DNA from: Phoronis australis
Lineage: Eukaryota; Animalia; Phoronida
NCBI GenBank assembly: GCA_002633005.1
Contig: NMRA01000097.1
Coordinates: 161,426-225,425, forward strand
Length of the DNA: 64,000 bases
Direction: 5' to 3'
Below the pieces are notes generated by a model. It saw nothing but the letters and a program-made list of their open reading frames with translations. It had not been told where the DNA came from and searched no databases. The position numbers and the translations under genes are program-made. This document shows, piece by piece, positions 14,341-26,215 of the stretch. Positions within the stretch are counted from its first letter, which is position 1; every line of letters starts with the position of its first letter.

Positions 14341-15139
14341 GTAAGTACTTTGTTTTTAATTAAATAGTAAATTTGCTGTTATTAGACAAGTACTTTCCTC
14401 TTTCCACTCGTAAAAAGGCGCTTCTCGGCGCGCTTCTGAGTTTTGCCTACTATACCCACTCCGCGATTGAAATTTGACATAGAACAGGTCCATTGGTCAG
14501 CGTGGTTGTCCAAACGAATGCGTTTCCCAAATTCACAAACTCGCCCTGCACACCTGCGTGGTGGGGTGGTAGCATTGCCACACAGTTTAGCAGCCAATGG
14601 TGAACTCTTAATTAACCAAAGCGATTAGGGTTAAGAGTATCATCAATCTCACCCGACCATGTTTTACTGCCTAACAGGCCTGGGTAACACTGGCAGCAAC
14701 ACGTATAAACGAAATTTGTAGTTTTGAACCTGGTCAATACCACTACAATCCTAAGCGCTTTCTTTTGTCGCTTATGGTTTCGATGTGCCTTTCGGTAACG
14801 GAAATAGGAATGCGTTAGCTTAAGGACTAATGTGAAGCCGATTTTATGAAAGTAAGGGGCCAAATTCTATTTTCGTTTCTTAGCCAGCGAAACCAGACAA
14901 AATACAACTTAAATACACCCATTGGACTAAACGGGTGTTGGGAAGTCTACACACTACATGAGTTTTCATATCTCATTAACTTCGACAGCCACGGGCAGCT
15001 GGGTATTGTCTCACAACTAGATTGACATCTCGACAGTGCTGCTACAGTTTCTGTTCCGGGAGCGCGAGAGATTGGGCTCAATTATGACGTCATTCTGTGT
15101 AGTGAACGAGTTCTGCACTGGTTTTCCTGTGTTTTGCAG

Positions 15140-15478
15140 TCGGCCCTACCAGACTGGTCGTAGAGCAAAATGGCATTGTCATACCAGAGTCTTCAACCAG
15201 GCTTCAAGTTACGTACAATAAAGGGTACGTGCTCTCGTGTAAGACAGATAACGTCAACAATAACGTAACGTTAAACCTCGAGTATGGGTTCAGCGCTCAA
15301 GGTGGTGCCATTCGAAATGCGCATACACTTGGACTTCATGGCGGAAATCGATTTTCTTCTTCACTGCATTTCGTTGCCAAGGTGTACGTGCACGGCCACA
15401 GTGTGCGCTGCAGGTCACAGAATATAGATCTACCGAGACTGAAACAAGAAAGAGATTTCCGATTGTACTTAGCCGAAG
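15140..15478 (+). CDS. Receptor exon, Ig-like domain 9 (type B)
   Basis: tttgcAG|TC GGC CCT acceptor and GAA G|GTACAT donor; 339 nt. FGPTRLVVEQ...YVLSCKTDNV...VRCRSQNID. Confidence 0.83.
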
Positions 15479-15483
15479 GTACA

Positions 15484-16321
15484 TAAATATACATTATTAG
15501 ATGGCGAAGTCGTTATCCCCCGTTATCTAGAGCCCGAGTGGATTTTGGAGAATTATCGCCCGAGGGGTGTTAGCCCCGAGGGTGATTATTCTCCAAAATC
15601 CACGAAGGCTCTAGATAAGGGGGATAACGGCTGAGAACATGTAATAATCTATTTATACCACGTACTGAACTAGAAACATTGCAATGAATCGATTTACCTT
15701 ATCTGACTCTCCACGGATTTGCAACTACTTTCTATGTCAGAGGCCCGAAGTCGGAGGTCGTGACCTTTTAAGAAAAGCCGAGCTATTTTTGTCAAATAAT
15801 GCTTTTACTCAAAACCAATTGAAAACTTAAATATAATAGAAATAAATTGAATTTATAAATTAAGGTTTACCAACTATTATAGCTTAAAACACTTTTTTTC
15901 ACGCTAAGCTTCGACCGGGAAATTATCGTCTGCTAAAGTAGGTTACCACTTGTAACTGAATATAATTCTCAAGTCAAAGATCCTGACGACACGATACCCG
16001 CATTCAAACTGGAGATCGGTGATTTACAAGTAAGAGGACATGAGAGAAAAATTTCACTGAATTAAGATATCATTTTTATGGAAATTATGTGTCTTATTTT
16101 TCGTAGCGTATAAGTACAGTACAATGTGGATTGTTGAACGTGCGATTATTGCGCGTGATCATTTAAGTATTCTATTTTCACTCTTGATTACGGCAGTCGC
16201 TGCATGGTGTAGTGGTAAAGTCGGCGACCAGCAATTCCAAGGTCCCGGGTTCGCCAAATCGTTATCTCATGGGTTATTACACGGTTGTATCTGCCATTCG
16301 AGGCTAATATTGTGGTATAAA
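15484..16321. mobile_element. Non-autonomous hairpin-headed DNA element, copy 1
   Basis: Near-identical to 19350-19939. Long imperfect palindrome at about 15490-15660 centred on ...cccgagggg-tgttag-ccccgaggg...; shared end ccattcgaggctaatattgtggtataaa. Confidence 0.8.
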
Positions 16322-17644
16322 AGTATATATATGTATACATGTCCATTAGTGACTCAAGCAGTGCATTCAAATGTTCCTTCCACAAATACTCTTTTAAATC
16401 TATCATACTTAACACGATAAACCCCAATTAGCAAATGTGAATTTATTCGCTGTGAGACATCAATTGTACATATAGGTAGGGTGAGAGTGATCGTGGGTTC
16501 CGAAGAGAAAACATTCCAAAATAAGCACGTAATGTATCTGTAATTAACTGTTTATTGATACATCTGACACGGTTATGACAACTTGGAACATACATGTAAG
16601 TGCACCTACAAGTCAATAATCAAATTGTAACTTACCATAGTAGTGAAAGGTTCCAATGCATAAAAGTAAAACACCTTGCACCAATGGAAATAGGAAAGAT
16701 GTGGCTGATGAAAGAAATCAGCATTGTTTGCAGAAATATCAACTTAATATACTCACACCGTTTTATCAATTTACATAATTTCAGTCGTAAAGCTATACTA
16801 TCGTCATTTAAGGAAAGACGTCAAAAATAACCCACTGACCTAGTCTTTACGTTTATGCAACTTGGTAACGAACATGATCTTCAAGGGTGGATCAACCCGT
16901 AGTTGAGTAAACGGAAATTGCCTGGCCTGGTATTGGACGTGCATGAAAGTTTTATCAATTTCTCAACGAAAAACAAATGGTTATTTTGTGGCAAAAGACA
17001 GAACGGTCTTAATTTGTAAGTGTTTTTGAAGGATATGGTTATTTCTTTAATTTGAGATTGTCACTTCTTGTGAAGGACATGTGAACAGAACAGAGAAGTA
17101 TTATGGTACAGTACAGGTGATTTTGAAACAACTGTGAATATACACCTGGAAGATTCCAAATTTCTTCGAAAACCGTTGCTCGCGTAACATTTGTTTCCCG
17201 CTGACTTGAACTTGAAGTTTTTCTTTACAAAAATATTTCAACACTTTAAACTATTGCTACTGGTTACAGTTACAGAGGCCCAAATACATTTATAGTTCGT
17301 TCCAACGTCACAGTTTTCAAATTGTGCTTGACAACGCCGTTATCACAAGATAGGACACAGATCTGACATGAAAGATTCGTAATTTCTACAGTTGAATTGT
17401 TCACCCACCACAAAACAGACATGACTCAAACCTTTAATACAACACTTTGCGCCCAATCTTACATGTATCATCATACAAATAAAGATTTGTTCACGCACGG
17501 AAACATGCAAATTGTTAGCTAACAATGGATGCCACCTTGTTATTTACCTGTGGATTGAATTGTGAAATAACCGCTTTACCTTTATCGTATACATGTACAG
17601 CGTCAAACTTCAACGTGTTTCTTCATGGACGTATGATTTTGCAG

Positions 17645-17980
17645 GAAAGAAAGCCAAGATAGAAATTGTCGTCACAAACACTGCAAGCGTCGTCAAGACA
17701 TTCGTGTCCACACGTATAAAACACAACGAACCCATTCCTGCAGGTACCAGATGCAAGATTGAGTGTTCCACAACCACTGTCCTCCCCGACATCAAGGTGC
17801 AGTGGAACCAAACGTTTGTTCCGACCAAAAATAAACACGACCCGCGTACTGGCGTGTATACGAATTATTTTGAAATCACCATCACGAAAGAACACAACAA
17901 TATCTTGTTGGTGTGTTCTGTCCATCACCAACATATACCGGAAGTTGCTTCGTCACTCCCAGTGAGATTGAAGGTCCTTT
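17645..17980 (+). CDS. Receptor exon, Ig-like domain 10 (type A)
   Basis: tttgcAG|GA acceptor and CTT T|GTAAGT donor; 336 nt. IECSTTTVLPDIKVQW...LVCSVHHQHIPEV. Confidence 0.88.
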
Positions 17981-19349
17981 GTAAGTAAACAATTTATTAT
18001 ACTCGGCATATCTATTCTGTCCATAAGTTCCCTAAAGTGTGGTGCTCTTTATCCCTCGCCCCACTTCTAAGAAATGTACAGCTTGTCCATTAAATACTAA
18101 CATATTGTAGTATAGGTCGCTTATCATGGAGGGCTCATACTTGTTAACCAAAGGGACATTTTGACATCACGTGATTGTTAAGTAGATTGTTTGATAATAC
18201 GCCTGCAAGCAAAGTTTAAAAAATGAGACGAGATTAAATCTACGTTTTTTGGATACCCCAGACTTTATGGTAAACAGAAAAGTGTCGACACGACCATGAG
18301 GATGTCGTCTAAAACACGATTAATGGGTGATCGAGCAAACCCACTACGACGGAAATGAGCGACTTAAGTCTTCAACTCAAATTTTATTGGCAACTTCACG
18401 AAGATATGTCTACAACCAAATTGTACCTCCCAGGTACATATACGATATGTTTAAGGTTCCAAAATTCTGATCACGAAACGTGAATTAGTTTACTGCTTTC
18501 AATTTTCGTATAGTACGTAATGAAACTTAATACTCAGTTCAAATTAAATGTCAGTGTTCTTTTGAGAACCAAGTTTTTGCCTTATTGCTGCTATACAATA
18601 CCATTTCGGACAACTATTTACAGTTCTTAATGTAACGGTGTAAATTCGGTTAAATGTCAATCTTTGTTTTTCTCCCGTCATAGTTCGTGCACTTGACTTA
18701 GCTTTCGATGTTGTAATCTTAATCGACCGTTTTGAGGTTTCAAAGCTGGAACGCTAGTCTATTCTTGCATTGCTCAGGTTAACCTCTCAAGTCACAACCA
18801 ATGCTTACATGTACGTGCGCCCTTTTCAATATCGCATTTTTAATTTGGACATTCCTGCTAACCTCTAAAACATTTGCTTTGGTTGTTGATAATTACGCTG
18901 TCCTTTGTTGGTAACAGAATTGGGAATACATGTACATTATTAACTTTTTATAACAGCATGATACATGTACGGATTTTTTGAGAGTAAATCGCGAAGTCGT
19001 GTTTTGTGCTCAGTTTGTCGAACGGTGGCATGTAGTTATAAGGTTATGCAGGCTACTATTGGCAAGATTGGGTGTTTAGACAAGTATCTGAAAAACTACA
19101 TTGTATAATTCAGTAAAGGCGTGTGCTTGTTGTATGTAGAACGTCGATAGAATTTGATTTTTGATTTCACACTTATCTCCTCTTAAATATGTCACATGGC
19201 CATGTGTTACAAAAAATAGCATAAGGAAATGTATCTTTACAATCGTATCAAAGCAACAAGGTCAAATTACGTTTGATATCGTTCATGGTGAAATTTCAAA
19301 TACGCAATTGCAGCTCTCTTATAATTTCGTTTTCTTTTATGCAACAGGG

Positions 19350-19939
19350 TATACATAGATTATTACATGGCGAAGTCGTTACCCCCCGTTATCTAGAGCC
19401 CGAGTAGATTTTGGAGAATTATCGCCTGAGGGGCGTAAGCCCCGAGGGTGATAATTCTCCGAAATCCACGAAGGCTCTAGATAAGGGGGATAACGATTGA
19501 GAACATGTAATAATCTATTTATACTACGACCGGGAAAATATCGTCTGCTAAAGTAGGTTACCAATAGTAACTGAGTATAATGCTCAAGTCAAAGGATCCC
19601 GACGACACGATACCTGCATTCAAATTGGAGATCGGTGATTTACAAGTGAGCAAACACCGGAGAAAAATTTCACTGAATTAAAATATCGTTTTTTTGGAAA
19701 ATATGTGTCTTATTTTTCATAGCGTATAAATGTCGGTGCAATGCCCTTTGCAGAACATGCGATTGTTGCGCGTGCTCATTTAAGTATTCTATTTTCACGT
19801 TCGATGACGTCAGCCGCTGAGTGGTGTAGTGGTAAAGTCCGGCCTCGGTTCCCGCCAAAATGTTATCTCACTAGTGAGATAACTTTATGGGTTATTACAT
19901 GGTTGTATCTGCCATTCGAGGCTAATATTGTGATATAAA
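19350..19939. mobile_element. Non-autonomous hairpin-headed DNA element, copy 2 (internal deletion of about 250 bp)
   Basis: Aligns with 15484-16321 but jumps from ...atctatttatactac to gaccgggaaaatatcgtctgc. Confidence 0.8.
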
Positions 19940-20715
19940 TGTTTTTATCAAACGGTGTATTAAATCTCTTCTAGCAAAAGTCATAGTCAGTTTATTCAAA
20001 ACATTGTAACAGAGCCAGATTCGGTGATGGGTGTGTGTTGTTGACGAAACGTGGTTACTACAGTGTTGGTTTCTACTATCCGCCTTCACTTTGTACTCAT
20101 CAAGCAGACGTGTGCGGGTTACAGCAGTTATGACGTCAGGAGCAAGAAAAGACCTTTGCTTTTAAAATATTTATGAAATGAGGGTTAGATAATTTGGTCT
20201 AAGGTTAGCCCAATTTTGTTCTACATGCAAGCTGGTACAGAACTGTTTCATCAAGTCAAGTCCCAGGTTTATCAGATTTCATGTTGTGTCGGTTAAAGGG
20301 ACCATTACGGGAACATCATCGATCTAAGACATAATTTCTGGACGCGATAAATACACTAGTTTACACAGCAGATATTGTATTGGATATTACGATCCGTTGC
20401 GATTTTGTGATTCTATTAAAAATCGGTAGTTCTTGTCGTTGTCGGCAATGATTGCCGGCGAATTTGCCAAATGGTTAAGCTTTTAAAAATACCATGCCAT
20501 TGATCAGTTGGGATTCTGCTCCACCAGTAGAGCATAAGCTGCGATCGAGTGGTTCTAGGTAAGATTTAATATCAAGGGAGGTCTCAGAAAACTACATTTC
20601 TAGTCGATATTTTCCCTTTAATAAAACTAAGTGCATGCGCAAACTGTTACATCCTCTGGGAAACTAAGCCTCGTGGATTTAGAAACGACATGATGGTGAA
20701 ATTTATTCTGTGTAG

Positions 20716-21060
20716 ATGGTCCAAGCACCGTGACGATGTCATTGAACAAAGCGGGAGCGCGCTTAGACCGTGATTCGAAAACGATTTTCATGAGAAACGG
20801 AATCAACTATACCGTCACCTGTTTAACCGACGATGTCTCACAAGTGGCAGTTTGGAACGTACACGGACTCACGACCCTCCGGGGCCAATTTCAAAATGAG
20901 TTTTCGAGGGCTCCAGACAAGAACGGGGGTCGCGTCTTTGGGATACATCTGAACTTCAACGCCGATGGTCTTCATGACAACCAGGTATCATGCTCCGCCT
21001 TCAACAGCCTGCACAGCTCGTTCACTGCCACTACGGAAACATTCAGGTTACACGTATCAA
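20716..21060 (+). CDS. Receptor exon, Ig-like domain 11 (type B)
   Basis: tgtAG|AT GGT CCA acceptor and TCA A|GTAAGA donor; 345 nt. The junction with the previous exon gives the classic Ig linker VLYGP; YTVTCLTDDV...VSCSAFN. Confidence 0.87.
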
Positions 21061-21436
21061 GTAAGAATTGTTGTTTTCGTAGCCAGTCAAATTGTAGGGC
21101 GCATCACTATGCCGTCGTTGAGGTTGGCAATTTTTTTGCAGATTTAAAGCTGAATTTGGCCTGCTCGGCTGATTAAAACTGATGATCGAATCAGGTATTT
21201 TACGCTAATGAATTCACCTTTACAAGAGTACTCATTTTAATAGGATTTAATTCACATTGTTATTAATCAAAAGCAATTTATACAAGCGCCATTTGCTTGA
21301 GCTACGCATAGTTTTGATCTGATTGTTTGTAAAACGGTAAACACTCCTACAACGGTAGGGAGAATTAACAGACCGAATGTATTTGAGTAAAAGACTCAAT
21401 TTAAGTTTTTTTCTAATCACCTAAACAGGGCTAACT

Positions 21437-21582
21437 CAGGGGCGGATCCAGGATTCTGAGTTAGGGCACAGTACTAGCAAGGATTTTGCACGTCAGATAT
21501 TGGCACTCCCGAACTGCCAACTGTAATCTGGTGTAAATTTAGGGGACCATGGCCCATTTATTCCCCTCTAAATCCGTAACTG
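21437..21582. mobile_element. Short MITE-like element (CAGGGGCGGATCCA...AATCCGTAACTG termini)
   Basis: Imperfect terminal inverted repeats. Related termini at 38110-38261, about 49546-49736 and about 2474-2523. Confidence 0.55.
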
Positions 21583-23352
21583 CAACTGCAGCTTTATATG
21601 TGGTTCATTTGTACTATTAAGTGACAACGAAAAGTGGCAATGGTCAGCTCCACATGTGTTTAAAAGTGGGCAAAGCTAAGCTAGTCGATGTTTTTACAAG
21701 TACGTACACTGCAGCAGACAGTTCGACAGGTGCAGAAGTAAAACGCTTTCACAAGCTCCACACAGTGAGTTTTGTTTCGAGCGGGGAAAGTTAAGCGTTT
21801 TGCCAGTCAGTTTAGGCGAAAATATCAGCATCTCATTATCCTACATAATTTCTTGAACTCAAAAGTGATACATTCTGACGCTTCATCTGTTTTGTACTTG
21901 TCATTGAGGGACATGTATCCAGCTGAAAATCTTGAATATTGACCACTTACAACTCCACGTCCAGTCTTGCAGACAGAGATTATGAACATGTATACTGCGT
22001 TTTATCACCACGTAGTGGGAAACGTTTGAGATTGTCAGTGCGTTACCAGAAAATAGTCATCTAGGTTTGTATGATAAGTCCAAAAATAGGTTTTGCGTGA
22101 TCTACCGAATAAACTAGTGTGCATGGGCTTTACTTGTTTCGGAGACTTTGAAAACAAGCATAAGAACAACTATATGTGTTTGCAAAGCATAGCTACAATA
22201 TGAGGAGGGACGAACATCTGGGACAGCGTCCGTTTCAATAACCTAAGAGATGAACATTGTCTTGAATAACTTCTGTGGGATCTCACACACACAACAATAC
22301 AGACGATCGTTCGCACACCCACGCACCGGTAATGTTCGGATACAACGTGCCCGAATTTTAAGAACAAGTTTTCTCCGCTGAATAGTAACGGACATCAAAC
22401 TGGCTCTCGAAACACGGCACGGTGTACATGTATCCGACTGTTGCCCACTCACAGATACACGCACGCGCACATCCACGCAGAATCACGCACAAGCGAGCAA
22501 CACAACTTGGTGCCAGAATATAAAAGGGCGAGACTGACCTCACGAACATACACAGTAGGATCCAAATTGTATTTTCTTCCTTTTACTCGAAACTTTTTTT
22601 ACGAAATATCACCAGTGGTACCGTGGTGTGCGAGGATATCAACACCATGCAGTTTCAACGATCCTGTGAAGGTGTTGTTCCTCCAACAACTTTAGCCTAT
22701 TCCAGATGGTACAGGATGTTAAGAACGTATACGATGGGAGTGAAGCTTAGTATTGGGAATATGTCATGGGAACAAAACACTAATTCCTACTAATCCTAAT
22801 GGGAAGTGGTTGATAATACCGTATGCAAGGAGTAAGGAAGAAGTGTCTTACAGAAACGTTTGAAAAATTACGAAGTGCGCTGATACCGTCACTCCAATGT
22901 ATAAGGATCGTGCCGCGATCGGGAACATTTCCAGCGAAGCGATTTTTTTGTTTGATTGGATTAGTACAGCTTATCCAGTCAGTACGAGTTTTCAGTGTGT
23001 GTTGTCGAACAGCGTTGACATATTCGTAAGCTACATGGTTGTTCGTGTCCAAGTCCTGCTGCTGAGGTACGGTGACACCAAATTGTCTGACAATGAGACA
23101 TTGCCTTCAAATTAAAAACGATGCGTGTTTGGGCGGTTTAGAGTTTTCCTGTTCGGGTTATTCAACAAAGTTAAACTACACATTTGTTTATCATTCTCTC
23201 GACATGATTTCATTTGAACACGAATCAATATGCGGAATGTCTCGTAACACCGTAGCGAGCCTGACAAAAATCCTCAGATGTGCTCACTTTCATTTTTTCA
23301 ATCAGTAGCCATTACTTTCCGCGCTCCATTATTCCTTCCATTTATTTGACAG

Positions 23353-23670
23353 AGGGACCTACACACCTCAGGTTCTCGGTCACTGGCCCCTTCTATCAAG
23401 TGGATAATTACTTCATAGCTGTGCAGAGTGGTTGGACTTACTCGATATCGTGCACAACCGACGCAACTCTGAATCTCGCAAATATGAGCCTGCAGGTTAA
23501 TCACACAGAAGCAGTTGGTATGACAGGAACTTTAGACTATCATTTCACCATGACGGTTCCTAACGTAAAAGCCAATCCGGCCATGAATGGAACACAAATA
23601 GTCTGCAAGGCTTTCAACGTGCATGAAAGATTCTTCGAAATCATCAGAACCATACCTCTATATGTTGTCG
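23353..23670 (+). CDS. Receptor exon, Ig-like domain 12 (type B)
   Basis: gacAG|AG GGA CCT acceptor and GTC G|GTTAGT donor; 318 nt. YSISCTTDA...MNGTQIVCKAFNV. Confidence 0.86.
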
Positions 23671-24957
23671 GTTAGTGTTTATGACTCGAATTACTTTATG
23701 AACATTTAACACTAGTATTGGTAAAGCAGGTGGTGTCCAGGTCACGTGGTTGAATTGCCACTGGGACTCTCTGATGGCTATTAAACCCTTAATCCTCTCA
23801 ATGAAACAACACGATGGTAGCCACCTTGTCTAAACACAATAATCTGAATGAACAGATACCATGTCTCGCAACACTGTTTTTTCTCATTGATTTAAAGTTA
23901 TTGTAGAAATCTCACAAAAGACTCCGAATTGTCTAAACACAGAACCATGTTCATGATAAAATTCTGCAGGTGAACCGCTGGATATCCAGTTTTCAATCGA
24001 CGGAGTCGACCAGCCTTTTAAGCAGAGAACATTCAGCTTCATCACCAAACCTCTTGTAAGAAACCTCACATGTTGGGTCGCCAGTGTTCTGAAAGATGTC
24101 AGTATATGGCACGTGGCAAACCTGGGAACTTTTGCCACCGTCAGTCTAACAACACGGCTTGATCAGTGAGTATAGCATGGTGGGAACACTCCCAACGAAA
24201 ACCACTGCAGACGATGACGAACTGGTTTTTCCTTGTGTTTGCTTATCGTGCTTGTCAGTAAGCGTGTAATGCATTTTGTAATTAACCCATACACATGTAT
24301 GATCCATTAAATGTAGCTGCATTACTTAGGCTCAACTGAAAACCATGTGCTTTGCTGTTTTATGTAGGTACCCGTGGTTTATACACTATAGCACTATGCC
24401 GTTCATAGCCAAAGATTACCATAACAACAGAGTCCATGGTTGTGAGGTCAGCCATCCCATGCTGGAGCGATCCAAGCGGATGATTTCGTTAGTCGTTTTC
24501 CGTAAGTGATTTTTAAGCGGTTCTCAAGTAGGGATTTATGAGAAAATCTTCATAATGCGACAGCGATAACGATTCACTAAGTAAGAGCAAATATCTCTTA
24601 GTTAAGATTCACTCTGTGTCTAATTTTAATTTTGAGATTAAAGCCTCGGAGCAGTAATATACCGGGAAGGTTTAAAAGGGCATCTGGTTTAATGGTTTAT
24701 TAGTGAGAACGAGCCTTAAAGTTAAAAAATGTGACTAGATCCACGCAATATTTACATGTGCAACATGGACTTGTAGACACCTTCAAATTTCAGAACTACC
24801 GAAATTCCTGGAATCGGTCAGAGCGCCATGGTCCCTCTGTTGCCCAGCAACACTCCCTTGCCCATTTTGCCAGATTGCTCATAACACTTTAGCTTCATTT
24901 CGGCAGACTTTGTAGTCCAATTTGTGAATACTCGTAAAATTACTATTGATGTTACAG

Positions 24958-25293
24958 ACGGTCCACTGCGTTTGGCAATAGAGACACCACAGTTAGGACA
25001 GCAGTTCATACAATCCGATGACAGCATGGTGGTCCACTTATTGAACGACGTCACCTATCGTATAAACTGCGTCACGGACGGGGTACACGAAAAGGCGTCT
25101 ATGCATTTTACACTATCAAATCATTCAACGTCGTCAAACGTCATGGAAACAAAAGAATATTATAAAATTTTTGTTGCACAGTTAGCCGTACACACTTACC
25201 CAGAACTGAACGACACGGACATTGCTTGTTTCGCCCAAAACGCAGACGTACCTTCCAAGCAGGTTCGACTCAAGAAACACGTCATCGTTGAAA
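24958..25293 (+). CDS. Receptor exon, Ig-like domain 13 (type B)
   Basis: ttacAG|AC GGT CCA acceptor and GAA A|GTAAGA donor; 336 nt. YRINCVTDGV...LNDTDIACFAQN. Confidence 0.87.
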
Positions 25294-25832
25294 GTAAGAA
25301 ACAACGTTGATAATTCCGTTCCTTCAGTCCGGGTCCTCTCTATATAAAATCTCTTCTAGGCCCATCATTTGACGCAAATAACGACAGAATTCGCACCTTT
25401 GTGTAGGGAACACATTTACATTTATATGAATCCGAAACAGAATATCATTGTTATCACCCTACATGTACTGGGCAAGTCAATTCAAATTCTTGGGAATTTC
25501 CATAGATGTTTTGTTACATTTGTAGAAGGCGGACACGCATAATAATGCCAAAACCCCATGTTCCATACCCCTAACGCACCAGTCTATACATGTATACCCA
25601 CAGCAATAGCAAAGAAGAACAGGCCTGATAGGATGCAATGCAATTCACAGTAACAAAAATTCAACACTAAACGGTTGCTGCAAAATTGTAGTACATGTAT
25701 GCCATTACCTGAGCCTAGACACATGTCTTAAGGTTAATTGTTTGCGTTCTGTATATCTTCCGTTATAAATAGTTAATTTTAATATTGAGATATAAACACT
25801 CTGTCTCATATCAATCTCTTTGAACTTTGAAG

Positions 25833-26009
25833 TCGGCTGGTCACCGTGGGTATCAGCACAGTGCAGCGTTACGTGCGGTGCGGGGACCTACAAGCGTACT
25901 CGAACATGCTTAAGACCGGATGACGTGGACACTTATTGCCAGGGACTTGACGTGGATTTTAAATCCTGCCGATTCGAGCTTTCTTGCGAAAAGGTTAAGT
26001 ATATGAAAG
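25833..26009 (+). CDS. Receptor exon, thrombospondin type-1 (TSP1) repeat
   Basis: GWSPWVSAQCSVTCGAGTYKRTRTC...YCQG....KSC...SC matches the TSP1 consensus (WSxW, CSVTCG, RxRxC). The 3' end is uncertain: phase-1 donor AAA G|GTTCGC at 26009/26010, or phase-0 AAG|GTTAAG at 25993/25994, which would need an extra exon. Confidence 0.85.
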
Positions 26010-26055
26010 GTTCGCATCGTTTTTGTCACATTATTGAAATAATCAAAATAATCAT

Positions 26056-26215
26056 ACATAGAGAATACTACACAAGTCTCAGGTTGATGACACTGGCAAA
26101 ACCTCTTGGAAATTCCGTCAAAATCCTTTGCCAAGCGTCTGTTTTTTGGGAAATTCCCAAGTGGTTTTGCCCATGTCATAGACTTGAAACGAGTGTAAGA
26201 TTTGTTTTCTCCATG
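26056..26215. repeat. Imperfect palindrome (fold-back MITE-like)
   Basis: gatgacactggcaaaacctcttggaaattcc pairs with ggaaattcccaagtggttttgcccatgtcat; outer arms catagagaa/ttctccatg. Confidence 0.6.

Noticed and set aside
22170-22560. Possible missing type A Ig exon or an antisense ORF
   Set aside because: No open plus-strand frame with Ig cysteine spacing; the minus ORFs are short and motif-free.
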